From Octopus sinensis (taxonomy: Eukaryota): a stretch of DNA of 64,000 nt. The notes beneath the pieces were generated by a model that was not told the origin of the DNA, did no database searches, and worked only from the letters and a program-made list of their open reading frames with translations. Shown in pieces: positions 1 through 11,575 of the stretch (the stretch's first letter is position 1; every line of letters begins with the position of its first letter). The DNA is taken from assembly GCF_006345805.1 (NCBI RefSeq), contig NC_043006.1, positions 33,232,001 to 33,296,000 of the forward strand, read 5' to 3'. The position numbers were made by a program, and so were the translations under genes.

Positions 1-675
1 ATACAGGTGTGTGTGTATAATGATAAATATCAACACAAATTAGAAGCTTGGCTTCAACGTCAACCTACAAACCATGCCATTTATGACATTAAAGCAGGTG
101 TTTGCTCCAACATTATCAAATTTTCTAAAATCACATTTTGAAACTAAATTTATTTAATTCTCTTTGAACATCAAACATTATACAATTTTACAAGAAAGAT
201 GAAAAGAACGTCGAGTGGAAAGCCAGGCCTTATCGTTCCTATCATTGCGCTTGTCTTTAGCATTATTGCCATCGTCATCGTCATGCTTGCCCTCGCTGCC
301 GTCGTAGGTGTCATTGTAGTCATCATGGCCATGACTAATCGTTTGGAATTGTTTCAAATGTCGGTACAAGGCCCGCAACTTTAGTGGGGGGGAAGGGGTT
401 AGTCGGTTACGTCTACCCCAGGACACAAATGGCATACTCATTTCATCGACTCCGAACGGTAGAAAGACAAAGGTCGACGTCAGCGGAATTTAAATTCAGA
501 ATGTTAAGACGGACGATGCAAGAGAAGACCGAGTAAAATGAAAGGAAAAATAAAACCGTGTGTGTGTGTGTATAAAATTTATGCATAAAATTTCATTAAA
601 ATCGGTTGGGTGGACCTCGAGTTATAACATGACTAACACACAGACAGGTACACGTCCTGTGTTTTATATATATAT

Positions 676-906
676 GTTTCTTTATTACCCACAAGGGGCT
701 AAACATAGAGGGGATAAACAAGAACAGACAAACGAATTAAGTCGATTACATCGGCCCCAGTGTGCAACTGGTACTTAATTTATCGACCCCGAAAGGATGA
801 AAGGCAAAGTCAACCTCAGCGGAATTTGAACTCAGAACGTAACCACAGACGAAATACAGCCACGCATTTTGCCCGGCGTGCTAACGTTTCTGCCAGCTCG
901 CCGCCT
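676..906 (-). mobile_element. tRNA-headed SINE (family 1, Deu/Nin-domain-like core), monomer
   Basis: Minus strand reads AGGCGGCGAGCTGGCAGAAACGTTAGCACGCCGGGC...GAGTTCAAATTCCGC (B-box-like), then GACTTTGCCTTTCATCCTTTCGGGGTCGATAAATTAAGTACCAG. Many copies recur in the window. Confidence 0.85.
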
Positions 907-1201
907 GTTTTATATATATATATAGATGTGTTTTACATATATAGATGTGTGTGTGTGTCTGTGTGTGTCTGTGTGTGTGTGAAGCTGATAAAACTAAATA
1001 CAATTTGCGATAAAAAATTTGCAGTTTTATTTTGATTAAAATATCAGAGGCTTCAGTGCAAAACCTTTTACTACAGTTTGCCTGTATTTAGCGTTTCTGA
1101 CTGTTACTCACTTCCATTATGTTTGTTCTTTTTAATCTCCCTCTACCAGCGTAACCCACGGGACACACATAGCGTTTTATTATATGTAAGCTGAGTAAAT
1201 C

Positions 1202-1405
1202 AAGGCAGCGAGCTGGAAGAATCGTTTGCACGCCAGATAAAACGTTTAGCAGCATTTATTCCGGCTTTACGTTCTAAATTCCACCGAGGTCAACTTTGCT
1301 TTTCGTCTTTTCGGGGTCGATAAAATAAGTCCCAGCCGAGAGCTCTAGCCGAAGTAATCGATTATCCACCCACCACCAAATTTCTATATCTCAAGTAGAA
1401 ATAAT
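1202..1405 (+). mobile_element. Older diverged family-1 SINE monomer
   Basis: AGGCAGCGAGCTGGAAGAATCG head and GTCAACTTTGCTTTTCGTCTTTTCGGGGTCGATAAAATAAGT core, more diverged than neighbouring copies. Confidence 0.7.
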
Positions 1406-1656
1406 TATGAGTCGTGATAATAAAACAGAATCAACAGTTGTTGCCGAACACAATTTCAACCCGTGAGCACTATTTTACCTCTTGAGTTTATATCAAAACA
1501 ATGGAGGATTCCACCATAGAGATTCTATTACTCCTGCTGTAAAGCCACAGTTCCTCAGAGTTATCTAGTTGAATATCTCACCCGTCTAAGCCCACCCAGT
1601 CTTCCCTCTTCTTGTCACCTATTCTTTGTCACCTCTCCGCAGTGCTAGCACACTGT

Positions 1657-1955
1657 GGAGGCACATGGCTTAGTGGTTAGAGCAGCGGACTCGCGGTCGA
1701 GGGATCGTGGGTTCGAATCTCAGACCGGGTGATGTGTGTTTATGAGCGAAACACCTAAGCTCCACGCGGCTCCGGCAGATGGTAATGGCGAAACCTCTGC
1801 TGACTCTTTCGCCACAACTTTCTTTCACTCTTTCCTCTTGCATCTTGCAGCTCACCTGCGACGGACTGGCGTCCCGTCCAGGTGGGGAACCTATACGCCA
1901 AGAAACCGGGGAATCAGCCCTTATGAGCCAGGCATGGCTCGATAAGGAACAAACA
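1657..1955 (+). mobile_element. tRNA-headed SINE (family 3)
   Basis: GGAGGCACATGGCTTAGTGGTTAG (A-box) and GGGTTCGAATCTC (B-box), then GGACTGGCGTCCCGTCCAGG. Related heads at 43250-43655(-) and 56338-56710(+). Confidence 0.8.
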
Positions 1956-1974
1956 ACAACTAACACACTGACTA

Positions 1975-2170
1975 AACTAACTAAACCTGCTTCTCCTCAA
2001 GGGGAATTTTCTGGAATCTCCTTCTCGCTCGCAGACTTACAGGCGGATGCGAGCGCCGAACTAAGGCATGCCCCGCTTGAGGTTGAGACACTTTTAGAAA
2101 ACAACTTGGCTCCAGCAACATTGCAGACTTAGAGGCGTTCAACCTTTATCGTTCAGAAGCTGCCTGGCAC
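1975..2170 (+). mobile_element. Possible DIRS/Ngaro-type tyrosine-recombinase retroelement fragment
   Basis: Frame reads SLADLQADASAELRHAPLEVETLLENNLAPATLQT*RRS, resembling the LL..LAPST..TY.RA start of the N-terminal SAM-like region of DIRS recombinases. By-eye match only. Confidence 0.4.
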
Positions 2171-2379
2171 CACCGCTCAATCGAACGCGAGCGCAAACCG
2201 TGTAAATGGTTTTAAGTACAATCCAAATCCAAAGGAACAAACCAAACGCACTAATAAACTACAGCAACGAGCAACGAACTCCCATCAGTTTCTCTTGTAT
2301 TCAAACACACAAAACACTCTACTGTAACTAAGAATTAATTTGGTCAGGATACTCTGTGTTACGAGAATATACAATCACT

Positions 2380-2464
2380 CGCTCTCTCTCTCTCTTTCGC
2401 TCTCTCTCTCTTTCTCTCTCTCTGTCTCTCTCTCTCCCTCTCTCTCTCTTTCTCGGTTTCTTTC

Positions 2465-2507
<43 letters not shown>

Positions 2508-2851
2508 GTCTCTCTCTCTCTTTTCTGTTTCTTTCTCTGTCTATCTGGCTCTCTCTTCTCTTTTTCTGCCTGACTCTTTCTCTCTCTCTCACTCTTTCTT
2601 TCTCTTTTTCTGTCTGTCTGTCTGTCTCTCTCTCTCTTTTCTGCCTAACTCCCTCTCCCACTCACTCTTTCTCTTTCTCTGTCTCCGTTTCTTTCTCTGT
2701 CTGTCTCTCTCTCTCTCTTTTTCTGCCTGACTCTCTTTCTCACTCTCTCTTTCTTTTTTCTGTCTCTTTCTCTGTCTGTCTCTTTCTCTCTTTCTTGCTC
2801 TCTCTCTCTCTCTCTCTGCCTGCTGGCTCTCTCTTTTTCTGTCTCTTTCTT

Positions 2852-2882
<31 letters not shown>
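2380..2882. repeat. (CT)n/(CTGT)n polypyrimidine microsatellite tract
   Basis: About 500 bp of almost pure C/T; accounts for the SLSL/RERE ORFs. Confidence 0.95.
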
Positions 2883-2884
<2 letters not shown>

Positions 2885-3127
2885 CTTTCTATCTGATAAA
2901 GATTAAATGATACATAATCCGTGCATGATCTGTTAATACCGGAGGGAGTATAAATCAAAGATCGCTGTTTAATTTACAAGACGAGATATTAAACAACGAT
3001 AACAATCAACAAAAGGCGATGCGATCATTTCCATTCGTCACTCATTCAAGATGCCTTGTCAATATCAAAAAAGGTTATGATGCGAACTTTCCCCGAAAGT
3101 AAAAGAACCGTTCTTTATAACAGACAC

Positions 3128-3292
3128 CTTTGAATCGTTTCTCTTTTTGTCTGTTCAATTGTAAAATATTAATTCTCTGCCGTTTATTATGTTTTGACTT
3201 TGTTCAAGTGTCGACCTTCGAAACTTAAGAAATCATAAACCTGATGCACAAACAATACAAAACAATCAAGATTTCTGCTGTGAAACCCAATT
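3128..3292 (-). pseudogene. Candidate decayed transmembrane-encoding exon
   Basis: AACAATAG|AATTGG acceptor and CAAAG|GTGTCT donor, 165 nt, phase 1-1. Reads ELGFTAEILIVLYCLCIRFMIS*VSKVDT*TKSKHNKRQRINILQLNRQKEKRFK (hydrophobic stretch then basic tail, 2 stops). Confidence 0.4.
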
Positions 3293-3444
3293 CTATTGTT
3301 TTAATTTGAAAATAATCTTTTAACAATGTAATTACGTTCGAATGTGTCTACTCTGTTAACTTCTATTTTCCATTTAAAATAATTTTGATTTTGTTTTAAA
3401 ATAAAAATGTTAAATTAAAATTAAAATGTCTTCGTATTCGTAAG

Positions 3445-3815
3445 GAGGCGCAGGTTTGATTGTGTGATTAAGAAGTTCGCTTTGTAACTTTGTAACTTTG
3501 CGTGTCACGTGGGTCAAGTGCCTTCGCAAAGCCAACTAATACTTCGTGAGTCTGGTAGACGGAAACTATGTGGAATTCCTCCGTATATGTGTATGTATAT
3601 GCATGTCTCTTTACGTTTGTATTTATTCCTCACCACCACTTGATAACTAGTGTTGGTTTGTTTACGTCCTCGTAACGTAGCGGTTCAGCAAAAGCCACCG
3701 ACTGAATGAGTACTGGACTTAAAAATAAGTACGGTGTGCAAATTTTTTGGCTAAACCCTTCAAGGGGGTGTCCCTGCATGGCATAGTCCAGTAAGTGAAA
3801 CCAGCAAAAAGTATG
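3445..3815 (+). mobile_element. tRNA-headed SINE (family 2), diverged
   Basis: GGCGCAGGTTTGATTGTGTGATTAAGAAG head, GTAGACGGAAACT and CGTAACGTAGCGGTTCAGCAAAAG body and CAGCATGGC-type tail, shared with 60317-60705. Confidence 0.7.
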
Positions 3816-4289
3816 CACGGGACCGACACTTACCTCTAGATGCAGCAGCGTTTGGCGAATGGGGATCAAACTCCCGCTACAAAGTGTTCGCTACCCATAT
3901 GCAACCCTCATACCTAACGACTTCCAAGAATAAATACATCGAAACATTCTCCAATAAAAAGACATGATGCTGTTGACTGTTTGGTTAACACGTAAGCACA
4001 ATACCCACACTTACGTATCAAAAAGTCAGTTTAGGAACTTCTTTCTTCACTCATGAAAAATATATGGCTGAAACCTCACATTCGCTGCAAATATTAGCCC
4101 CACCATCTCTATATTTCACAATAATCAAACACCTATACGTAAATACTGCCAAAAACATACTGTTCTTCTTCAACGGCAGAAAATATTCAAAATATTCCAA
4201 CGATTAATGTCTTGATGTCACTGTCTGCCTTGCAAAAATAGGCGTTAAATCTCCTTCAAATGGCATCATAGAGCATTTAAAAAAGAATA

Positions 4290-4540
4290 ATGTAATAAAC
4301 GCGCCCTTTTAAAGCCTAGCCAGGCTCATGGGCCCGGTTTCAATGGCGTATATGTTCCTCAGCTGGCCGGGACGCCAGTCCATCGCAGCGTTACTCATTT
4401 TTGCCAGCTGAATGGACTGGAGCAACGTGAAATGAAGTGTTTTACTCAAGAACACAATGTGTTGTACCGGTCCCGGAATCGAAACCACAATCTTACGATC
4501 ATGATGCTGACACCCTAACCACTAAGTCACGCGCCTCCAC
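4290..4540 (-). mobile_element. tRNA-headed SINE (family 3 variant)
   Basis: Minus strand GGAGGCGCGTGACTTAGTGGTTAGGGTG...GGTTTCGATTCC, then TGTTCTTGAGTAAAACACTT and GGACTGGCGTCCC. Confidence 0.8.
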
Positions 4541-4591
4541 ATTTCAAAAAGAATAACGGATTATATATGAAATTAAAAATAGCGTATCTGA

Positions 4592-4960
4592 AGAAGGAAA
4601 CAGGATAGAAGCGGTTTGTTACATCTTTGCGACAATTTCAGTCTTAACGTAAAATTAATGACTGGATTTCAGAAAGCCTTCAGTTTTGTTCCCCAGTTAT
4701 GTCTGCTGAAATCACTACTTGTTGCCTTGGTTACTGCCATCGAAATGCTAACCAAGACCTGGTCAACAATCCTCCCATCTGTGACTGAAAGCCGAAAGAT
4801 TGTCTCTGATCTAATGTATATATTTCAAATAGGATATTCCAAAGAGATAATCAACTGGTGCGGAACAGTGAAAGAATGTCGGTCTTTTGCTAATGTTCAA
4901 CACGGTACATTCACTTTCGTTCGCCAAACGATAGGGCTTTGTTTCTATGTTAGAAAATAG
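4592..4960. other. Non-repetitive coding-like island, strand unresolved
   Basis: Plus frame is open for about 122 codons. The minus strand has a CTAACATAG| acceptor at 4944 and a cadherin-like segment RSETIFRLSVTDGRIVDQVLVSISMAV in a TGA-interrupted frame. Confidence 0.3.
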
Positions 4961-5089
4961 GTTTTTCTTTCCGGGAAGAATTTATATAGCTAAAAACAAA
5001 ATTACTTATATCCATACAAATATGCGTTCATGCACTCAAGAGGCATTCAAATACATATATGCACCATTACGGGCATCCATAGACATATC

Positions 5090-5430
5090 ATTCATGTACA
5101 TATCCCTCCACACATACAGACATGCATACAAGCATTCATACATAAAGACACAAACACACGCACGCACACATACACACACATAGATACACACACACGCGTA
5201 GACACACACACACACACATACATACACACACACATGCACACACATTCTCACACATACGCACACACACATACACATTTACACATACAGATACACATACGTA
5301 CACATATACAGATACATACACTTTCACACATACACACATACACACATACACGCACACATAAACACACATACACATACACACACATGCAAACACATAAACA
5401 CACACACACACACACATACACACACACCTG
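5090..5430. repeat. (CA)n/(TACA)n compound microsatellite
   Basis: Direct inspection. Confidence 0.95.
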
Positions 5431-5475
5431 ATAGGTAATGTACATCTGTTTTCTGCATGATTTCTCTTCTCAATT

Positions 5476-5512
5476 CCTTCTGTAGAAGAGCGTCGACTCG
5501 AAACGTGAAAAA
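5476..5512 (+). ncRNA. Hammerhead-like motif, CUGU variant
   Basis: CCTT CTGTAGA AGAG CGTCGA CTC GAA ACGT G AAAA; near-identical copies at about 6887-6920 and 38375-38410. A6 is replaced by U, so activity is doubtful. Confidence 0.35.
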
Positions 5513-5869
5513 CACAATCATAAACAAACAAAAAAACAAACAGGTAAAGGAACAACAAGCAGGGTGTCTTGGTATGACGCTCTGATAAAGTAAAAGACGT
5601 TTGCTTGCCAAGCACACGGTTCTGGGTTCATTCCCACTACGTGGCACCTCGGCCAAGTGTCTTCTAGCATAACTTCCCGACGGCCAGAGCCTTGTGAGTG
5701 GATTTGGTAAACAGAAACTGAAAGAAGCCCGTCTTATATATATATATGTGTTTGTGTTCGTGTGTGATTGTTACTAGAAGATGTAGGTATTTGTACATGC
5801 TATAAATATAAAGATATGTTGCGCGTGTATCCATGAAATACCATTAAAATAACACAAAGTTGCATTATT

Positions 5870-7598
5870 CTTTTCTACTCAAGGCACAAGGCTCGAAATT
5901 TTGGGGGAGGGGGCAGTAGATTAGATCGACCCCAGTACGCAACTGGTACTTAATTTATCGATCCCGAAAGGATGAAAGGCAAAGCCGACCTTGGTGGAAT
6001 TTGAACTCAAAACGTAGACAGACAAAATGCCGCTAAGCGTTTCGCCCGGCATACTAACGTTTCTTATTTCTTTATTGCCCACAAGGGGCTAAACATAGAG
6101 GCGACAAACAAGGAAAGACAAAGGGATTAAGTCGATTATATCGACCCCAGTGCGTATCCGGTACTTAATTTATCGACGCCGAAAGGATGAAAGTCAAAGT
6201 CGACTTCGGCGGAATTTGAACTCAGAACATAATGGCAGACGAAATACCTATTTCTTTACTACCCACAAGGGGCTAAACACAGAGAGGACAAACAAGGACA
6301 GACAAAGGGATTAAGTCGATTATATCGACCCCAGTGCGTAACTGGTACTTATTTAATCGACTCCGAAAGGATGAAAGGCAAAGTCGACCTCGGCAGAATT
6401 TGAACCCAGAATGTAGCAGCAGACGAAATACTGCTAAGCATTTCGCCCGGCGTGCTAACGTTTCTGCCAGATCGTCCCCTTAACAAGGACAGACAAATGG
6501 ATTAAGTCGATTATATCGAACCCAGTCCGTAACTGGTACATATTTAATCGACCCCGAAAGGATGAAAGGCAAAGTCGACCTCGGCGGAATTTGAACTCAG
6601 AACGTAACGGCAGACGAAATATGGCTAGGCATTTCGCCCAGCGTGCTAACGTTTCTTATTTTTTTATTGCCCACAAGGGGCTAAACATAGAGGAGACAAA
6701 CCAGAACAGACAAAGGGATTAAGTTGATTACATCGACACAAACACACACACACGCACGCACACATACAGATACACATACAAGTAAACATACACACACACA
6801 CACACATACGCACATACACTCACACACATACACATTCACACACAGATACATATACACACACAAGTACACATTTCTCTTTACAAATCCTTCTGTAGAAGAG
6901 CGTAGACTCGAAACGTGAAAAACTCAAACAAAGAATGTAAAGCAAAGTTGACCTTGGCGGAATTTGAACTCAGACCGTTAAGACGGACTAAATACCTATT
7001 TCTTTACTACCTACAAGAGGCTAAACACAGAGAGGACAAACAAAGACAGACAGACGGATTAAGTCGATTATATCGATCCCAGAGCGTAACTGGTACTTAA
7101 TTAATCGAACCCGAAATGATGAAAGGCAAAGTCGACCACGGTGGAATTTGAACTCAGAACGTAGCGACAGACGAAATACCTATTTCTTTACTACCCACAA
7201 GAAACTAAACACAGAGAGGACAAACAAAGACAGACAGACGGATTAAGTCGATTATATCGACTCCAGTGCGTAACTGGTACTTAATTTATCGAACCCGAAA
7301 GGATGAAAGGCAAAGTCGACCACGGTGGAATTTGAACTCAGAACGTAGCGACAGACGAAATACCTATTTCTTTACTACCCACAAGAAACTAAACACAGAG
7401 AGGACAAACAAAGACAGACAGACGGATTAAGTCGATTATATCGACTCCAGTGCGTAACTGGTACTTAATTTATCGAACCCGAAAGGATGAAAGGCAAAGT
7501 CGATCTCGGCGGAATTTGAACTCACAACGTAACGGTAGACGAAATACGGCTACGCATTTTCGCCCGGCATGCTAACACTTCTGCCAGCTCGCCGCCTC
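5870..7598 (-). mobile_element. Concatemeric array of family-1 SINE units (about 8 cores)
   Basis: Core GAAAGGATGAAAGGCAAAGTCGACC recurs near 5968, 6182, 6366, 6556, 6940 (partial), 7113, 7299 and 7480; interrupted by a (CA)n tract at about 6735-6870. Confidence 0.9.
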
Positions 7599-7879
7599 AC
7601 AAAGTTACATAATCGCCATTACAATATCATTGAACATGAAATTGCATTTCATTCCGTTCAGTCTTGTGTGTGTGTGTGTGTCTGTATGTGTGTGTGTGAT
7701 TTTTTCACAGATTTGCTTCTAAGTTCTACTGATATGATTGCATATGCCTTCAACTTGTATTTTTTTCCTTGACTCCAAGCTAAGGTTAAGGTAAGGGGGA
7801 AACAACAAGGGACACCTTTTCAATCACTCTTTACCTTCACCTTACCTGACTCAGCAATCATCAAAGCATGTCCTTAGGT

Positions 7880-8299
7880 GCCATATTATGTGTGCGTATG
7901 TGCATGTGCGTATGTGCATGTGCGAAAGCATATGTATGTATATATACATATGCATACGTACATGTGTATGTATATATATATATACGCATATATACATTTA
8001 TTTATATATGTATATATGTACTTGCATATATATACATTTATACATATATATGTGTGTATATATATATAAGCATATATGTATGAATGTATATACGTATGTG
8101 TGTGTGTAATTTTTTTATACATTTGTAAACGTTTATGCAGCAATTTATATGCATATATGTATATGGGTAAATATATGTGTTTGTATATATATATATGTAT
8201 ATATGTGCATGTGACTATGTTTGTATGCATATATGTATGCATGTGCATATATACGTACGCATGCATATTTGAATGCATGCATGTATGTCTCTGTGTGTG

Positions 8300-8332
<33 letters not shown>

Positions 8333-8450
8333 ATGTATGCATGTATGTATGTGTGTATGTATGTGTGTATGCCTGAACATATATATCCACATGTATGTAT
8401 ATATTCGTACGCATGTATGTGTGTGTGTTTGCATGCATGCATGTTTATGA
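7880..8450. repeat. (TA)n/(TG)n/(TATG)n compound microsatellite
   Basis: Direct inspection; explains seven overlapping ORFs. Confidence 0.95.
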
Positions 8451-9074
8451 AGATTAATTGTCATATGGCGAACGCAGTAAATTCTAAATTTATTTAAATT
8501 TTGCCTCAAGTAGAAGAAAAAAGCAGAATCCTGACAGACCGGAATGAAAGATGTGAATGGCATAAAATTAGATAATTAAGGGGAAAGGGGAAGAAATGAA
8601 TGCCGGGTTTAGTAAATGTTTAATTTATTCAAATTTGCCTCTAATTAGGTGAGAGAAAAGAAATCTTCTCACGTTTATTCCCAAAGGAAAAGGGAGTTTC
8701 GTCAGTTCTTACCTCACCTGTATAGGACTTCAGTTTTTTTTTTTTTTTTTTTGTTCCGTTTCGGAAACTTTGAAAATAATTCGTGCCTTTTTTTCACTTG
8801 CTTTCGTCATTGGACTGCGGCCATGCTGTGGCATCGTCTTGTCAGCCCCAGTATTTATTTTTTAAGTTTATTTTTTAAGTTTTTAAGTTTGAGACACTTC
8901 CTGTATCAGATCTTTTGCAGGACCGCTAAGTTACGGTGGCGTAAACAAACCAACGCCGGTTGTCAAACAGTGGATGGAAGGAAAGACACACTCACACACA
9001 CACACACACACACATACACACACACACATACACACATACACACACACACATACATATACATATATATATATATA

Positions 9075-9660
9075 TCATCATTTTATGCTCGTTGTTTATG
9101 CTGGCATGGGTTGGACGGTTTGACCAGGGCTGGTAACCTGGAAGGTTGCACCAGATTCCAGTCTGGTTTGGCATGGTTTCTACGGCTGGATGCCCTTCCT
9201 AACACCAACCACTCCGAGAGTATAATGGGTGCTTTTACTTTCTACCAGCACGGGTGCCATTTGCGTGGCACCTGGTTGCTTTTACGTTTCACCGGCATGG
9301 GTACCACTCACGTGACACCGGTATCTGCCATGACTGATTTTTCTCGGTTTGATGGGTTTTCTTCTCAAGCACGACATAATGCCAAAGGTCTCCTTGAGAC
9401 CCAACACTCGAAAGGAGCTCAGCCACTTTGCCTCCATAAGGCCCAACGCTCGAAAGGTGCTGTTTACGGTCTAGCGGCACAGGTGCCAGTTACGTGACAC
9501 CAGTATCAACCACGACTACGATTTGACTTGGCTTGACGGGGCTTCTCAAGCACATCATATCGCCAAATGCCTCGGTCACTAGTCATTGCCTCTGTAAGGC
9601 CCAGAGTTCGAAGATCATGCTTCACCACATCGTCCCATGTCTTCTTGATTCTACCTCTAT
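9075..9660 (-). mobile_element. RTE-clade LINE 3' end (ORF2 C-terminus, 3'UTR, (GAT)n tail)
   Basis: RGRIKKTWDDVVKHDLRTLGLTEAMTSDRGIWR matches the RTE C-terminal GRP.KTW...V..DL....DR..WR motif. The 3'UTR contains GGTTGGTGTTAGGAAGGGCATCCAGCCGTAGAAAC and ends in ATGATGAT. Confidence 0.8.
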
Positions 9661-10087
9661 ATATACATTTATACGACGAGCTTCCACACAGTTTCCGCAT
9701 ACCAAATTCACTTACATTGATACTCTTAAGGAGATAATAAAAGATACTTGTTCAAGATGCCGCGAGCTGGGAGTGAACCCGAAGCTACGTGGTTGCAGAG
9801 CAAGCTTCTTGACCACACAGCCATCACTGCACCTAAGTGATAAAATTATTTGTTAAACACAAAGCCGCAGATCAGAGGATGTACATTTTACATGTTGAAA
9901 AACAAAAAAGAAATAGATTAATTTGTATAATTACGGGAAATGATTGAGAGAGGTTAATGACTTGAAATCGGATAATGAACTTTGAAAGGTGATACAAAAC
10001 CTAGCAGTATTTTTTTTCTTTTTTCAGTGAATCCCCATAAAGAGGACGTAATCAACAATTAATTTCTCGCGATAATTTACTTGCTTG

Positions 10088-10846
10088 GAAGGCGGCGAGC
10101 TGGCAGAAACGTTAGCACGCCGGGCGAAATGCGTAGCCGTATTTCGTTTGTCGCTACGTTCTGAGTTCAAATTCCGCCGAGGTCGACTTTGCCTTTCATC
10201 CTTTCGCACTGGGGTCGATGTAATCGACTTAAACCGTTTGTCTGTCTTTGTTTGTCCTCTCTATGTTTAGCCCCATTGTGGGTAGTAAAGAAATTGGTAT
10301 TTCGTCTGCCGTTACGTTCTGAGTTCTAATCCGACGAGGTCGATTAAATAAGTACCAGTTACGTACTGGGGTCGATATAATCGACTTAATCCCTTTGTCT
10401 GTCCTTGTTTGTCCTCTCTGTGTTTAGCCCCTTGTGGGTAGTAAAGAAATAGGTATTTCGTCTGCCGCTACGTTCTGAGTTCAAATTCTGCCGAGGTCGA
10501 CTTTGCCTTTTATCCTTTCGAGATCGATAAATAAAGTACTAGTTACGCACTGGGGTCGATGTAATCGACTTAATCCCTTTGCCTGTCCTTGTTTGCCCCC
10601 TCTATGTTTAGCTCCTTGTGGGCAATAAAGAAATAAGAAACGTTAGTACGCCGGGCGAAACGCTTAGCGGCATTTCGTCTGTCTTTACGTTTTGATTTCA
10701 AATTCCACCGAGATTGACTTTGCCTTTCATCCTTTCGGGGTCGATAAATTAAGAGCCAGTTGCGTACTGGGGTCGATCTTATCGACTGGCCCCCTCACCC
10801 AAAATTTCGGACTTTGTGCCTAGAGTAGAAAAGAATTTACTTGCTT
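10088..10846 (+). mobile_element. Concatemeric family-1 SINE (head + 2 internal + tail unit)
   Basis: Full head AAGGCGGCGAGCTGGCAG, internal units restarting at GTATTTCGTCTGCC, terminal unit ending CCCAAAATTTCGGACTTTGTGCCTAGAGTAGAAAAGAAT. Confidence 0.9.
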
Positions 10847-10944
10847 GGAGAATGCAACGAGTTGGCAGAAACCTTAGCACGCTGGACAAAATAATTAGCG
10901 GCATTTCGACGGTCTATACGTTCTGAGTTCTAATTCTACCGAGG

Positions 10945-11135
<191 letters not shown>

Positions 11136-11439
11136 ATGAGGTCTATCCAAAACGAAACCGACTTTCAAAGAATGCGTCAACCGTCCAGTGCAGCTTGCTC
11201 GCAAATGTTCAGTGGTGACCTTTAGCCATTAACCTTCACGTGCTAAAATGAACGTATGCCTAGTTCCATTGGCGATATGTCGTAAGTTTAACATCGAAGG
11301 TTTATGGTGTGAAATCTGTTCCAAATTGTGAGTACATTTACTGAGAATTTTCTGATGTTGCTACAGACCTATAGGTATTGTGGCCATACAATATTATGTG
11401 TGGTACCAAAGTTTCAAATCGAGAACATCTACCAAACAC

Positions 11440-11575
11440 AACCCCAATATCGAGATGACCTTCCACAACAACGGACGGTAACCAGATTGCGAAAGTGTGT
11501 GCTACAATCCGTGAAAACCATCACCTGACTGTTGGTGAAACTTCTGACGAAAAGGATATCTGTAAAGGCTCCCTC
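11440..11575 (+). mobile_element. Mariner transposase HTH fragment, decayed
   Basis: R*PSTTTDGNQIAKVCATIRENHHLTVGETSDEKDICKGS matches the mariner GRPSTS...I.KV...I.ENRRLTVREIA...GIS.GS segment. Confidence 0.7.

Noticed and set aside
199-384. Hydrophobic 61-aa ORF as a membrane micropeptide
   Set aside because: Built from degenerate ATC/GTC trinucleotide repeats; the similar stretch at 51440-51680 shows this pattern arises from simple-repeat decay.
1657-1730. tRNA genes at SINE heads (also 4470-4540, 43585-43655, 56338-56410)
   Set aside because: A and B boxes are present, but there is no clean acceptor stem and each head continues into a dispersed repeat body.
5870-7598. CRISPR-like repeat-spacer array
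   Set aside because: Whole units of about 185 bp are repeated with no unique spacers, there are no cas genes, and the context is eukaryotic.
8700-8735. Tandem minus-strand donors CAG|GTGAG and GAG|GTAAG
   Set aside because: No convincing upstream acceptor or reading frame; the upstream sequence is an A-run and a SINE tail.
8649-9497. 282-aa plus-strand ORF
   Set aside because: A patchwork of a poly-T run, SINE tail, (CA)n/(TA)n and the antisense RTE 3'UTR.
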